A program made the translations under genes and the position numbers. A DNA stretch of 64,000 bases from Selaginella moellendorffii (Eukaryota; Plantae; Lycopodiophyta), in NCBI RefSeq assembly GCF_000143415.4, contig NW_003314301.1, positions 1,232,981 through 1,296,980 on the forward strand. The letters are read 5' to 3'. This document shows positions 1-12,408 of the stretch, in pieces (positions within the stretch are counted from its first letter, which is position 1; every line of letters starts with the position of its first letter). The notes beneath the pieces are model-generated. The model had not been told where the DNA came from. It made no database searches and saw nothing but the letters and a program-made list of their open reading frames with translations.

Positions 1-745
1 GAGCGACTCTTGAGCGTATAGTACAGAAGCATGGAACGACTTGAAACAGTGCTAAAGTATTTAACATCCCAATGCCAGGACTAACATGCAAAATGGAGCC
101 AAATAAAGTCTAGTGCTATTTTAGCATATCGGTGGCCTAATGAGAGGATATGGGTACTCCACCAACTAGCATAGTGTGGAACTTAGGCTTAAAACCCCTT
201 TCTTAAGGATGCATGCTTTGGGCTTTCACCCTTAGTCATCCTTAGTACCATGAGTTAGTCTCTAGGACTAACTCAAAACTTATTAAATATGAAATGTCTC
301 TAGATTATGAATTTGGACATGGGATGAATACTATTGTGTTTAGGACAATCTCTACATTCCATAAATATACTAAATAATTAAATTTAGACACTTTCCATAA
401 ATAGCAATTGAGACCAAATGGAACTAATAGAAGGTGCATGATAGTAAAGGTGTTTAGTAGACACAATAAGCTATCATTTAATGAATATTGAGGGACCATT
501 TCAAAGCTAATGACACAAGCTTCTCAAACCAGGCCGAGTATGTTTAGCAAAAAACATATAGGGTTCTTATCTTATGTTTATCCGATTTAAGTGCATGGGT
601 ATTAACCAGTTTCTCAACTAGCTCAAGTGGAGACTAATAAAGAGTCCAACAATACCGACCTCCTGCCATCATAGCAGTTAAGAAAGAATATCCAAAAGGA
701 CTAGTCGAGAGGTAACTTTCGATACCCGAAATCACATTTGCAACA
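1..745 (-). mobile_element. Degenerate partial LTR, same family and orientation as the LTRs at 12409/18443
   Basis: Colinear similarity to about 12640-13554; ends GATACCCGAAATCACATTTGCAACA versus GATACCCGAAGTCACATTCGCGACA. Confidence 0.8.
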
Positions 746-2746
746 TGTATCTAAGAAAAGTTCTAGAACAATGATGAGTGACATATTTATATTCTAATGA
801 CACTTGTAGAGCCAGAGGATTGAAACCAAGCTATAAGGCTCAACTTGGCATGTCACAAGATCAACATGTAAGAATCCCTTACTAATAGCCTTTGTTCTCA
901 CCAACTATGTTACAAGCTTAATTAGTTTGCTTTCCAATCACATATCTTAGTCCATGATATCGAGCACCTTCGATATGTTGGCATGCTCTCTCTCAAGGAA
1001 ATCCAAATGCTGTATAGTCACAAGGTTATGGAAGCAGTTCAAGCAAAGTTTGTAATATGTAAAAACCAAAAGTTGCTTATTTGGTATTAGGTGCCTATGA
1101 ATTTTTTGGTTGTGGTCTAGGTAAAGGTATTCTTCTCTTGCATGAACTGGAGGGGGGGTGGAGGGTTCCAAATGTATAGTAGGGATATTGGGTAGGCTGG
1201 ATATGGCCGACCAACTTGAGGCATAGTTTAGCTCTTACTTGCATGTTTATCCTTGTTTTACGTCCAGCTTGGGTCTAAGCCCAAGTTCCATACTATGCTA
1301 CTTGGTGGAATACTCATATCCTCACATTAGGCCACCGATATACTAAAATAGTGCTAAACTCTGTTTGGCTCTGTTTTGCATGTTAGTCCTTGCATTGGGA
1401 TACTAGATATTCTATGACTATTCCAAGTCACTCTGTGCTCCTATTCTTTTACTCCTTTGCTCCTTGGGCTATATGTTTGGGAGTCACTTCGTGTTTTAGT
1501 ACCTTTGCTCTTTAGCTCCATGTTTAAGAGTTTGGCATTGTTCTTTCATTCAGTGGCCTAAGACCCTAAAACTTGAGTTCCATACCACTGTCCTTTGGAC
1601 ACATGGCATATGACACGTGGCACATGGAGGGTTTAGGTTCCACTTCGTGGTTTCTTATGGTAAATCACCATAGGATAAAAAGTGAAAACCACATGTGCTA
1701 CATTTAGTATTAGAGGATACGTCTCAGCAAGTACTATCCAATGAAATTGAGCAACTTGTCTTTGTATACATAGAGATGGAAACGATGATCTGAGTGGATG
1801 CACGTTTGGGTACTAAGACTTCGCATTTGTTCCTTAAGTATGGATTTGGTTACCTTTTTGTAGCATATTATGTAAACATACTCTTGGGCTTATAGGATGG
1901 ATTGAGATATTTCGATTGCACGAGTTTGCGCTTGGGCTCGTGAGTGAGGCATATTAGCAACTCAAGGCTACACTTAGGATTAATGTTAGCCTATCGGTGG
2001 TTCCATGAGTGGTTCGATGTACCATGGGTAAAAATAAACCTCCTTTAGGTTTGCTATAAGTGGCAAATAGACTGGTCCGTAACTGTTTAGCACGACACTA
2101 ATGGATCCTTCTTAGGCATGATCATAAGTGGATTAATCAAGACTGTAGGGATGAGTTTATAGATTCAAGTAATTATTGATGTGCTTTTTCATAAACTTTT
2201 CTTGGATTAGATTGAAGGCAATGCGAATGCAAGGTTGAATTTTAGTCAAAGATGAGATCGAAAAGAGAGTTGTTAGGGACGAAAGATCAAACACATAAAT
2301 CATTTTCTCTTCTTAGAGAGATAATTTGCAACAAGGTTTTAACTCATTGTTTGTGTTCACATCATGCAATCAAGAATCCCTATCTTGATGCATATTGAGT
2401 ATGATGGTCTTACCAGTGGTGTTATTGGATGGATATTGATGAAGCGCTAAACTATTTTGTCTACGCTTGCTATTGAAGAATTGGGTTACAATGCTCAATT
2501 CTTTTCTAGGAAACCTTGCTATTGCTTCTTAGTTTAGTGTTGGATTAGTTTTGAGTTTAATTTGATAGAGAGTGGTATGAGCTTGTCTATGTTGTGAACA
2601 AAGTTGGTGGTATTTGTTGTTGTAAATATTTATCGGTAGGTATGGCATTTATGTTGTGTTTTGTCGAATAGAGTTGGCATTTAATACTCAGGTAAACTTT
2701 TAAAGTAATAATATGGGCTTGCTTATAGTATTTCTCAATTGATAAT

Positions 2747-2770
2747 AAGCTCTATTTTGTTAAAGTGGGA
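2747..2770 (+). repeat. Left terminal inverted repeat
   Basis: 23/24 match to the reverse complement of 21563-21586. Confidence 0.9.
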
Positions 2771-3188
2771 ATTGTCATTATCCCACTTGTAAAATAAGGT
2801 TTCCAAACCTTTATATAGTATATAAATATAACAAAATTCAACTGCATTGAGGCACATGCCATTTTATTTTAAACAAGGAAATGTCTATTCAATCACTTCT
2901 CCTCCCCCTGCCACTGCTTCACCTCTCTCTTCTCTTTGTCATCGTCGTCCAATTTCTTTCCATCCTTTTAATATTGGCTCAGTTGCTCCGAGTCTAGGTG
3001 GAGCCCAAGTCCCCATTCAATCTTTACTTTCCCCTTATTAATAAAACAACTTCGTAGACTTCCAATAACATGTTGTAACACTTCTAGTATAATGCAAATC
3101 CTCTCAAAGAATTGTCTTTTAATATTAATACAATGGCATGGAACCCCATGCCATAATAAGTTACATTTTTAAATAAATACATGCTATC

Positions 3189-4073
3189 TCAGACTGTTAT
3201 TTTTTGCCTCCAACGCCTATACAATAATCTTGGAATTTCATCACTCTCCACACTATCAGGATTTAAACCCAATAGTAATGCCATCTCTTCTCTAATACGT
3301 CCACGCTCATGTTCAGTGGTCGAAGAACCCATCCGGTTGAGCAGATTATAGAGATGCGGATAGTGCTTGGCTAGACAATATACATGCCATAAATGATGAC
3401 TGGTGTCTGTCCAATCAAATGGCTTCTGATATACCGTTCCATCTGCCATTTGGTTGATTTCTGCAGCCACCTCCTGGACTGGCCAGTTCTCTATCACCAT
3501 CGCTCCAAGCCGTTTTGCAAGGTCCCCCAAAACATACGGTTTCTTCTCCCTAGTTTCCATACTGCAAGAGATGGGGTGCACTGCATATGTGTGCGTATTT
3601 GTTGCAGTTTTAATCGGCGAGTCATCGATGATGAGGATTTCACTTGACCTAGCAGTCCGGTTCATCACTACAGCCTCTGGCTTGACGAAGATGGGCTTGC
3701 TACCCCTCACATGGACCATAGTCAAGCAATCCTCCTGCGTTAGGAGAAAGTCAAATGGTAATATTACTCGCGTCTGATCGTGCATCATCTGTAGCAACGT
3801 TAATGCATTGTGGCGCATCATGGATGTCCAAACTCCCAATTGCAAATTGAACCCGGCCCTCTGTTTTAAGTGTCGCATGGTCATTATTAGATCCTGCAGT
3901 TTCTCCCGTGTGATTAATGTGAATCTGTCTCTTTTGACCAACTTGCGACCGCAGGCTTTGGAGGGTGCAGTGACATTCGAGGACGAGCCACGCTCATGGG
4001 AGAAAAGGACACCGTTTAGATCAAAAACGATACAGTACCTTCGCCGTGACTCTGAAATGAAATGCGTCAACAT
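3189..4073 (-). CDS. FCP1/SCP (NIF)-like HAD phosphatase domain, C-terminal part of the accessory gene
   Basis: Motifs IVFDLNGVL, LGVWTSM, FLLTQEDC..KPIFVK and ILIIDDSPIK in the order typical of CTD-phosphatase-like HAD proteins. Confidence 0.8.
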   Translation of the reverse strand: MLTHFISESRRRYCIVFDLNGVLFSHERGSSSNVTAPSKACGRKLVKRDRFTLITREKLQDLIMTMRHLKQRAGFNLQLGVWTSMMRHNALTLLQMMHDQTRVILPFDFLLTQEDCLTMVHVRGSKPIFVKPEAVVMNRTARSSEILIIDDSPIKTATNTHTYAVHPISCSMETREKKPYVLGDLAKRLGAMVIENWPVQEVAAEINQMADGTVYQKPFDWTDTSHHLWHVYCLAKHYPHLYNLLNRMGSSTTEHERGRIREEMALLLGLNPDSVESDEIPRLLYRRWRQKITV

Positions 4074-7000
4074 AAAAAATGGTACAAGTCAATTTTACCA
4101 TCTACAATATTAGCGAATGGTGCTCCCGATGGTCGTTGAGAGGGTTTTGGTCGAGGAAACGTGAAGGGCGGAAATACTCTCCTCTGCAATATGGGGTCAA
4201 TCGCATCCGATGGCGTGTGGGCACATGCCATTTCAGCTGTAGACTCTGGTACAACTGGCTCAACAGTGGCATGGGGTGGTTCCGATGGCGTGTGATCACA
4301 CGCCATTTCAGCTGGTGCCTCCGTTGGCAAAGTGGACATGACCGAACAGGCAGCAGGGGCGGTGTAGGGAGGTTCCAACGGCGCGCAGTCAGACGATTGG
4401 GCACACGTTGAGTCCATTGGAAATGAGGATACGACCGGCTCGGCAGCTGGGGCGGCCTCATGCGGGTCCAATGGCGCCTGGTCACCGTCAGTTGGATACG
4501 TGGACAAGATTGACTCAGTGGTATGGGCAGCATCAAGTGGAGCGTGGTCAGCTTGCTTGGCGTTGATATGGATAGTAGCCTCCACCAGCTCTGATGACTC
4601 TTGCAGGCAAGTAGAGTCCACTGGCAGATCCATATGCATGTCCAAATATCTCCCTTCGATTGAGATGGTATCCTCCCTACTGGCTACTAAAAACAAACTC
4701 ATTAGCACATTGAATCGACTATACTGTATTTACCATCAACTGCTATTGAGGAACTAGGACCGATATCACTTGGGCGCACTGCTGATTCTGAAGGATTGGA
4801 CATACGTTTTGACCCTTGCTTGGCACTATCCTTCCTCGACACTAAAGGCTAGAGTTTATATCTTAATTCAACTAAATAATCTCTACTTACCATTTGCTCT
4901 GCGACCTACATGGACAATGTTAGAAATGGTAAAAGGTTAGGAATGGATGTACTATTATTTACCTGATGGTTTGTCTTGTATGACCTTCCTCCGCTGCTCT
5001 TTGGCCACCTCAGGCTGGCCATCGTCATCATCATCGTCGTCATCGTTATTGTGATCGTCACCATTGTGAGGACCATCCAAGTCCTCTTCATCCTCCTCTT
5101 CTTCGTCCTCCTCTTCTTTGTCCTCCTCTTCGTCCTTCTGCTCTTCCTGCTCATTATCTTTCTCTGGCTCCTCATCCCCCTCCTGCATTTCTTCCATAGG
5201 CTGCTCAGGCTGGATGGCTTGTTCTTCCAGGACCATCTTGGGAAAAACATCTGGCCGAGTCTCCATCTCAAAATACAAGACATCCATAGCCTGTTTTAGT
5301 GCGTGACCTAGGACCGTATCCTCACCCGACTGTCTTAACATGGTTTCTGCACGTTCTTGCACCCTTCGAAGACGACGAGATGAGAAAAACGTGGCCCTAA
5401 CTTGAAAAGCATCCCTCATCCATTGTACCTCTCCATTGAGATTGGGGAAGGGGAGTCCGCCATAGGAATCTGAGTTAGGAGGTGGTGACTGGCTGCTTTC
5501 ACTCAGCCCTTGATCTGCAATGAATGGCATGAGCACACACGCCATAACCACGAGGCATTACCTATCATCTTTTCGTTGCCCTTCTTCCTTTTCGAATCAA
5601 ACGCCTCTGATCCCGACGACTGTCCAACGTGCTTTCGCTTTTTATGACCACTGTCAGTTTGAGCTTGGCTGGTGCTTGCCTGTTTTGCCTTTGAAGAAGT
5701 GTCTCCTGCAAGGAATGGCATGAGACCACACGCCATTGCAAATATAATTTGTACCTCCTTTTTTCCTATTGCTTGTCTGTTTGTCCTTCTTCGACGCGCC
5801 ACCAGTGCGCTTTTCAGTCCTCGTGTCTGAATATTCACAACGATCTATAATCAAAATGGCGTGAGGCCTCACGTGACCTTACCTTGTGCAGGTTGTGAGC
5901 TCGGCCCAACATGGGTATCTTCAACAGTAGCTGTTAACGTCGTTTCAACATCTGGGGGTGGCCACGCTCCTGCATACAGAGCTTGTGAGATAACATTTAA
6001 ACTTAAAGTGCGTACTCACTAGGTTCGCAGAGAAGATACTGTTTTTCTTTGGCAACTGTAATTATATGCTCCATTGAAGTCACCTCTTCAATGGAGTTTG
6101 TCACCGCAACACACGGGACACCCTTGAGTAGTGCGGCTCAAAAGAATAGTCTGCCGCAGTTGTACTCGACAACGCATTTGCCCTTGGAGTCGGAAGCAGG
6201 TGACCCACCCGCTATTGCGTTGAAGACCCAGCTGAGCATTTCCCATGCTGCACCTGGAGCTTTCTCTGGATTCGAAAGCTCCATAGCCGTCTTCAGTTCC
6301 TCAGGCACGGGTAAATTGACCTCCCTCAGATCAATTCGATCGGCCTTGTCGAACGAAGCTGGGAAGTCACTCCAGTCCCACTTTGCTGCAGGACCAATAA
6401 CAAGGGCGAGTGTGAAGATGCGGACATTCGTCGGTATCTTCTTCTTAGCCATTATCCCATGGATCTCCCGCATCTCCTTGCCTTTCAACCGAGCCTTCAC
6501 CTCGTTCAAGGCCTTCTAGAACTTGTGATAGGATTCGGAGTCGTAGATCATACAGTGGACTGAAGATTCCACCTCCGCAAGTCCCACTATTAAGTCAATG
6601 ATGGAGCTGACTTCGTCTGCATGAGTGATCTCCTCGTTTGTGAAGTCCATCACACAAAAGATGTTCTTGACCTGCTCATCTCCGCGGGAAACAATGCTCC
6701 TCCACCTTTGATCCTCATCCGAATTCACGTATACCCGGTAAGGTTCTCGATAGGCCTCTGCTGTGGGGTCGAGCTGTTTCTGAAGCCGGCGGTCGACATC
6801 CCTCTTAATGAAATTTGGATACTGATCCAACTTCTCAGCTTTACTTTTCGTGGCATCCCGCAGCAGATCGATGAACTTGGGGGCTCCCTTCACGTACTCG
6901 TCGATGTCTTCATTTGACAACTCCAGCTCTTCCATCATCTCTTGCGTGGTGTCGATGCTCACCCTCTCCACGGCCACTTGCTCGAAGATCCAATCCTTCA

Positions 7001-7850
7001 ATAGCGCACGAGCTCTCAGAGTCGTGCACAAGTCCTCGTATGTCACAATATGGCCGGGAGTCATTTTGGTCTTGTTGAAGACTACCTCATCACATAGAAG
7101 AGCATTAGCCACTGTCAGAAGGTCGTCGTCATCTAGAGACCGCGAGAAACGCAAGGCGTTGAGCTTCAAATCATTGGGCTTTCGGCCGTCCTTCACACCC
7201 ATTGAGTTTAGCAACTCCCCGTCATGGTACCTCCTCAGCACATCTACCCATTTGTCAAAAACAACTTTTGTCGCGAGTAGAATGTTATGGATGCTGAGTG
7301 TGTCATTAACCCCCAGTGTTTTCGAGAGAAGACTCGAGAATTCCTGTAATGGAAATGGCGTGAGGCCACATGCTATGCCACATGCAATGAGGCTTACCTG
7401 CCAGGCGCTAGTTGCTAGTGCATATCCTTGTCCTGGTTTTTGTGGCTTCTTCAGTTGAACCCAGAGCTTCCGTGTTCGTGCCAATGTCTCGTGCAAACCC
7501 GATTTTTAGCACGTTTCTTGCTTGACATTCTACGCGTGGGAGATGGATATGATAGATCGGAGGGGCGAGTTGCCTTTTATCAGGCGGACAACTCTTGTCT
7601 TGAAGACTTTCTTCACCTCCTCGCCCACCATAATATCCACAACTATCTCTTGCATCGCCAAACTAGAATGCTGCCCGGAGACGGCATAGAACCGGATGTT
7701 CTGATCGTTCAACACCTTCCTATTGATCAAGTCTAGAAACCTCGTCTCGCCCTTCATTGTTCGGTAGTAGGGGATCACGTCTGTAACCTCACACGCGCGA
7801 AATGTCACGACGGTTAGTAATCCCGCAACGTCATCATTCCTCGGACTTGG
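3189..7850 (-). pseudogene. Transposon accessory gene: spliced multidomain protein (ParB/Srx-like N-terminus, degenerate N6/N4-methyltransferase-like fold, basic/acidic/Pro-rich linkers, C-terminal FCP1/SCP-type HAD phosphatase); 5' end uncertain
   Basis: ORFs 7530-7808, 6516-7496 and 6138-6509 share one frame broken by single stops; phase-1 GT-AG introns (about 5971-6019, 5827/5845-5882, 5706-5754, 5515-5561 and three more between about 4690 and 4961) join the downstream ORFs in frame; probable frameshift at the A-run near 4075 before the HAD ORF. Confidence 0.7.
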
Positions 7851-8440
7851 GCGCCACCATTAATTTCTGGATCGCCACGCGCATGCATGCACGTGAAATC
7901 CAAAAGAAATCCGCAACGTCATCATTCCTCGGATTGCATGCACGCGAAATCCAAAAGAAAGATCATGATTGGGATATCATTTAATACCCTCGCTATATTT
8001 ATACCATGCATGATTGGATATTCCAAAGCATCTTGTATTTCCAAAAATGCCAGATGTTCAGCTAAATAAAGAATGGTATACAATGTCCTTCTTGATGACC
8101 CTGCATAGAAGCATCTCGATCGGACACCACATGAGACCACACGAGCCTTACAATGTTTCAGGGGCATTTGCCATAAATCCGACCGTTATTTTGCTCCAAG
8201 ATTCTACAGTTTGGTGTGCATTGACCTTTCCATCGACACTGCAAAGGGACATCACAATCAGATGCGGGATCACAAGAAACTAACTTCACTAACTCTGGTT
8301 TCACCAAGATCTACGTAAGGAGTTATGAAATGAAAGGACCCTCTCTATTGAAATGTGTTTATGGTCCTAGGGGCATTGTGACATATCAAAGGATTTTGCA
8401 TCAAGTTCTGTATTTGCATGTTTATCAAGCTACTGAATTG

Positions 8441-8467
8441 CTAAACCCTAAACCCTAAACCCTAAAC
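8441..8467 (+). repeat. Plant telomere-type (CCCTAAA)n / telo-box cluster, about 3.5 units
   Basis: CTAAACCCTAAACCCTAAACCCTAAAC between the divergent transposon genes. Confidence 0.8.
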
Positions 8468-9264
8468 ATGTGGCAAATGCTGCGTGAAGAAAGATGCCCT
8501 TTCTAGGCAAATGCTGTAAGAGGCAGATGCCGAGCAGATGTATCTCAGGCTAGTGAAGGGGACAAACGAAAGCTAGCTATAAACATGACGGGATGCAAAT
8601 AGATTACTAGGCTGGTCCTGCGAAAATCAAAAACCATAATTGAAAACATTGAAAATGCAAAAAGAAAGGTTTATAATATTTTTGAATTTTAAGCAACCAA
8701 AGGAATGTAAATAGGGCATGTGTTTGTAAGTTTAAAAATGCCTCAACCACTTAAATTCCCAAGTAAATAAAGCTGTTTCTATTTTTGGTACAGATAAACT
8801 TTATAGCGTGTGGGCTCATGCAATTTTGAACCCAAAAATGCACCAAAAAATGCTCGACTAGCATTATTCTTTGAATGGCGTGTGGCCTTATATTGCCATA
8901 AATGGACGTACACACACAGCATAATTATTCCTTTACACGGCGAATAATCTTGGTGCGGATCGCTGACATGGCATGGCAAAGTTCGAATCACTGACATGGC
9001 ACAGCTGGATCGAGGCAAGGACATGATGTGACAAAGGTCAACCTCCGACAGCAAAGTCTAGAAGCTACTCAGTTTGAAATTTGTCAGAGGAATCATAAGA
9101 TCTGGTTTGTCAGAGGATTTGATGTGACGTTCAAGCGTGTGTTATTTTTGAATTCTCGAACTCATTCCTAGGTCTATCATTTTTGTGCGCCGTGTTCTTG
9201 GTTCTGCTGAGCGCAGTGAGCGCTGCTTGTGTAAGCGGCGTTGTGAGCTGTGGTTTATGCATCT

Positions 9265-9390
9265 ACGAGCGGTTGCGGCATTGCGAGCGGCAGTTTATGC
9301 AAGTGGCAGTTTGTGCGAGCGGCGCTACGAGCAGTTGCGGTGTTGCAAGCGGCGCTATGAGTAGTTGCGGTGTTGCGAGCGGCACTGTCT
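9265..9390 (+). repeat. Short tandem repeat, about 30-bp period (GAGCGGCGCTAYGAGYAGTTGCGGTGTTGC)
   Basis: Two clear and two degenerate units visible. Confidence 0.65.
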
Positions 9391-12300
9391 TTGGTGTGGC
9401 TACCGCTTCCTCTTGATATTCGGCACTTGTGCTTCCTGGTATGTTCACCATGGAATGGCTTAGGACCACATTTAGAAATGGCATGAGGCCACATGCCATC
9501 TTGGGCCCTTGCAATTTCATGGCTAGCGTATTGTCATGTATGTTTTTACTTGCCTGTAGCTGTGTGTATATCAAGATGGCATGAGGCCTCATGCCAATTT
9601 TGGGAATGCGAAATTTCACGTGGTTGTCATTGGCATGTTTGAATAATGCTATGTGGCTTCATACTATTAAGTTTGTTTGTCATGTTATGATTTACATTGT
9701 AGCAAGGCAAAAGGAATATAGCAACAGGCTAGCAGGGGCCAAAGATAGCGTGAGGCCTCATGCCATTAGTGGTACCACTAATGGCATGAGGGCTCATGCC
9801 AATTTTGTGAATGCGAAATTTCACGTGGGTGTCAATAGCATGTTTGAATAATGGCATGTGGCCTCATACTATTGAGGTTGTTTGGTATGTTATGATTTAG
9901 GCCATTCTCCAATCATTTTTTGTATGGTCTTAACTTCTTTTCTGCACTTTCAAAATGGCCTCCGCAAATGCGACGCATGTTCCCTCCGTGGATCTTAAGA
10001 ACCGTGCTACATGGATTCAGGCAAAGGTGTTTCTAAACAACCCCGAGGGGGAGGTGGTAGCTGAGGGCTTAGCCACAGTTGTCGATCCAAGAGATGCGGT
10101 TGCTAATCAAGAATTGGGCTGGGATGATATTGGAGTTGCGATTTTAGAGGTTGTTGACACAGAAGAAAATAGTCTGACTATTGGAAGCATTGTGCGGTGG
10201 AAATTGAGGCACTTAGTGTTTGAGAATGTGAAGGATTCACAATCAAACACCACTACAACTGATGACAGAACATCTCTTCATGGGAAAAGAAAGTACACCT
10301 TCCTAAAGCACAGCCAAAGGGATCTGAGCAACGAACCGAAAAGGCAGAAAATGGCAATGGAGGTTCGAATGGTCTCGACAGTTGCTTGTTGCAAGAGGAG
10401 GTGCTGTCAACATACTGATTGGGATGCTATTGAAGAGGAGAGAGCAAGATACAAGACATTGTCCTGGAAGGCAGCTCGCAATTTTGTGTATGAGGCATTA
10501 CGGTCATCTGTTGATGCTTCAGAACATCAGGTGGGGGGCATGGTCTTCCAGAGGGGTTTGGTCTGCATGAAGGCATGGAGAATCATTTATGGAGTCCCTC
10601 GAACCACATTCTACAGAATCAAAACTGAGTTCGAGGAACAAAGGGTTCAACAGGCAGTCCATGGGAACGACGGTACGCACAAAAACAAGGGTCATGTTGT
10701 ATATGGAGAGGCAATCTTCAAGAGGTTTGTCGAGACATGTAGCGAGCAGCAACCACATAAAACCCGCCTCTTGGAAGATGGAACACAAGACACCCAACGA
10801 GTTCTCCCTTCCATGTATACCAAGGGGGCCATATTGGAAGATGTGAATCGGGAACTCTAGAGTAATGGCTACAGGAAGCTGAGCCAATCTAGATTTAGTA
10901 GATTGTGGAGCAACAGGTTCAGGGATGTGAGTATAGGAAAGTACTTCAGCTTTTCAAAGTGTGACAAGTGCACTGCTATCAAAATGGCTTTGTCGAAGAA
11001 TTCTTGCATCGCTCAAGAGCGAGAGATGTTGGTTAGAAGGCGGCTCGACCACAACATCGAGCAGAGAAGCTGCAGGACTACATATTATCATAACAGGATT
11101 CTCTCCATGGAGAGACCTGACTCTTACCTCTGCATCATCCATGACAAAATGAACCAGAAAAAGATGTGCTTACCTCGACTCAATCCTGCCCCCAAGGCAA
11201 TCTCTTCATCCATGCAGCTGCCTGTGTCTCTGTTTGGCATAATCGCTCATGGGCATGGTGCCCAGAACTATGGGAACTTCTTTGTACCTCTATGGGGTGG
11301 CGGGGGTGCAAACATGATGATTGCGTCCCTAGCAAAACACTTAAGGTCTCTACAAAGTGCGCAGACTGAGCTGAACGGCCAACCCTTGCATAAGGCCCTT
11401 GTCGATCGAACCCCATACAGGGTTCAACTGGAGGAGGAGCAAAGGCTTGCAGTATCGCGTGGGGCCCCATGCCATCCCAGTGAATATGTTGGCCGTCAGA
11501 TTGTAGGGTTATCACGTGAGGCCTCATGCCATTCTGACGAGGCTGGTCGCCCGGTGAATGCATAGCCTCATCCAAACGAAGCAGAATCTCAAGGAAGTTC
11601 TTGCGGCCGATGTGGCCTTCCACCCCATCTTCTGCTCCAAACAGACAATGCTGGCAGTGAGAACAAAAACATGTACGTCTTCGCGTACTTGGCGATGCTT
11701 GTTGCCAAAGGCATATTTGAAACGATTACACTTGGCTTTCTCATGGTTGGGCACACTCATGAAGACGTCAATGCCATGTTCAGTCACCTGGCAGAGTCCC
11801 TCCGGCGATCCAATGTCCTCACCCTCCCACAACTCTAAGATGAATTCCAAAATTGCATCAAAGGCACTGTTGAAGCTGCACTTGTGACAGAGGTTCCAGA
11901 CTTTAAGGGGTTTGTAAGAGGCTACATCAGGGACGGATCCGAAATGCTGATTGGCCACTCCAAGCCTCTTCAGTTTCATTTCAGCATGCGTGACGGTGCT
12001 CCAGTGATGAGGTACAAGATGAGAGAATGGGACACAGTGTGGCTGCCAGTGGATGGCATTGAACTCTTCAAGAGAGATCCCATAACTGGGGAACCTATGA
12101 TTCCTCAGGGTTCCCCACGGCCGATGCACCCGGATGGACTCAAAGACCAGGAAAGTATAGTGGCCGGGATTAGACAGCATATTGCCTTCTGGAAGAGGGG
12201 GTTGGTGTTTGGTGGAGAATCCTATTTTCAGAGGTGCAAGCCTTTGCTCGAATATTGGGAGAAGATTATATCTGCTATCCAAAATGGGCTGGTTGTATAT

Positions 12301-12408
12301 GAAGAATTGGAAGAGTCCTTTTGGCCAGAACCCAGAGCACCAGATAGTAGCGGAACAATGTCCTCTGGAAATGCAGTGACAGATAACGATGTTGAGGATC
12401 ACTATTGT

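Noticed and set aside
11524-12402. 292-aa minus-strand ORF
   Set aside because: Antisense to the transposase core, which has recognisable motifs on the + strand.
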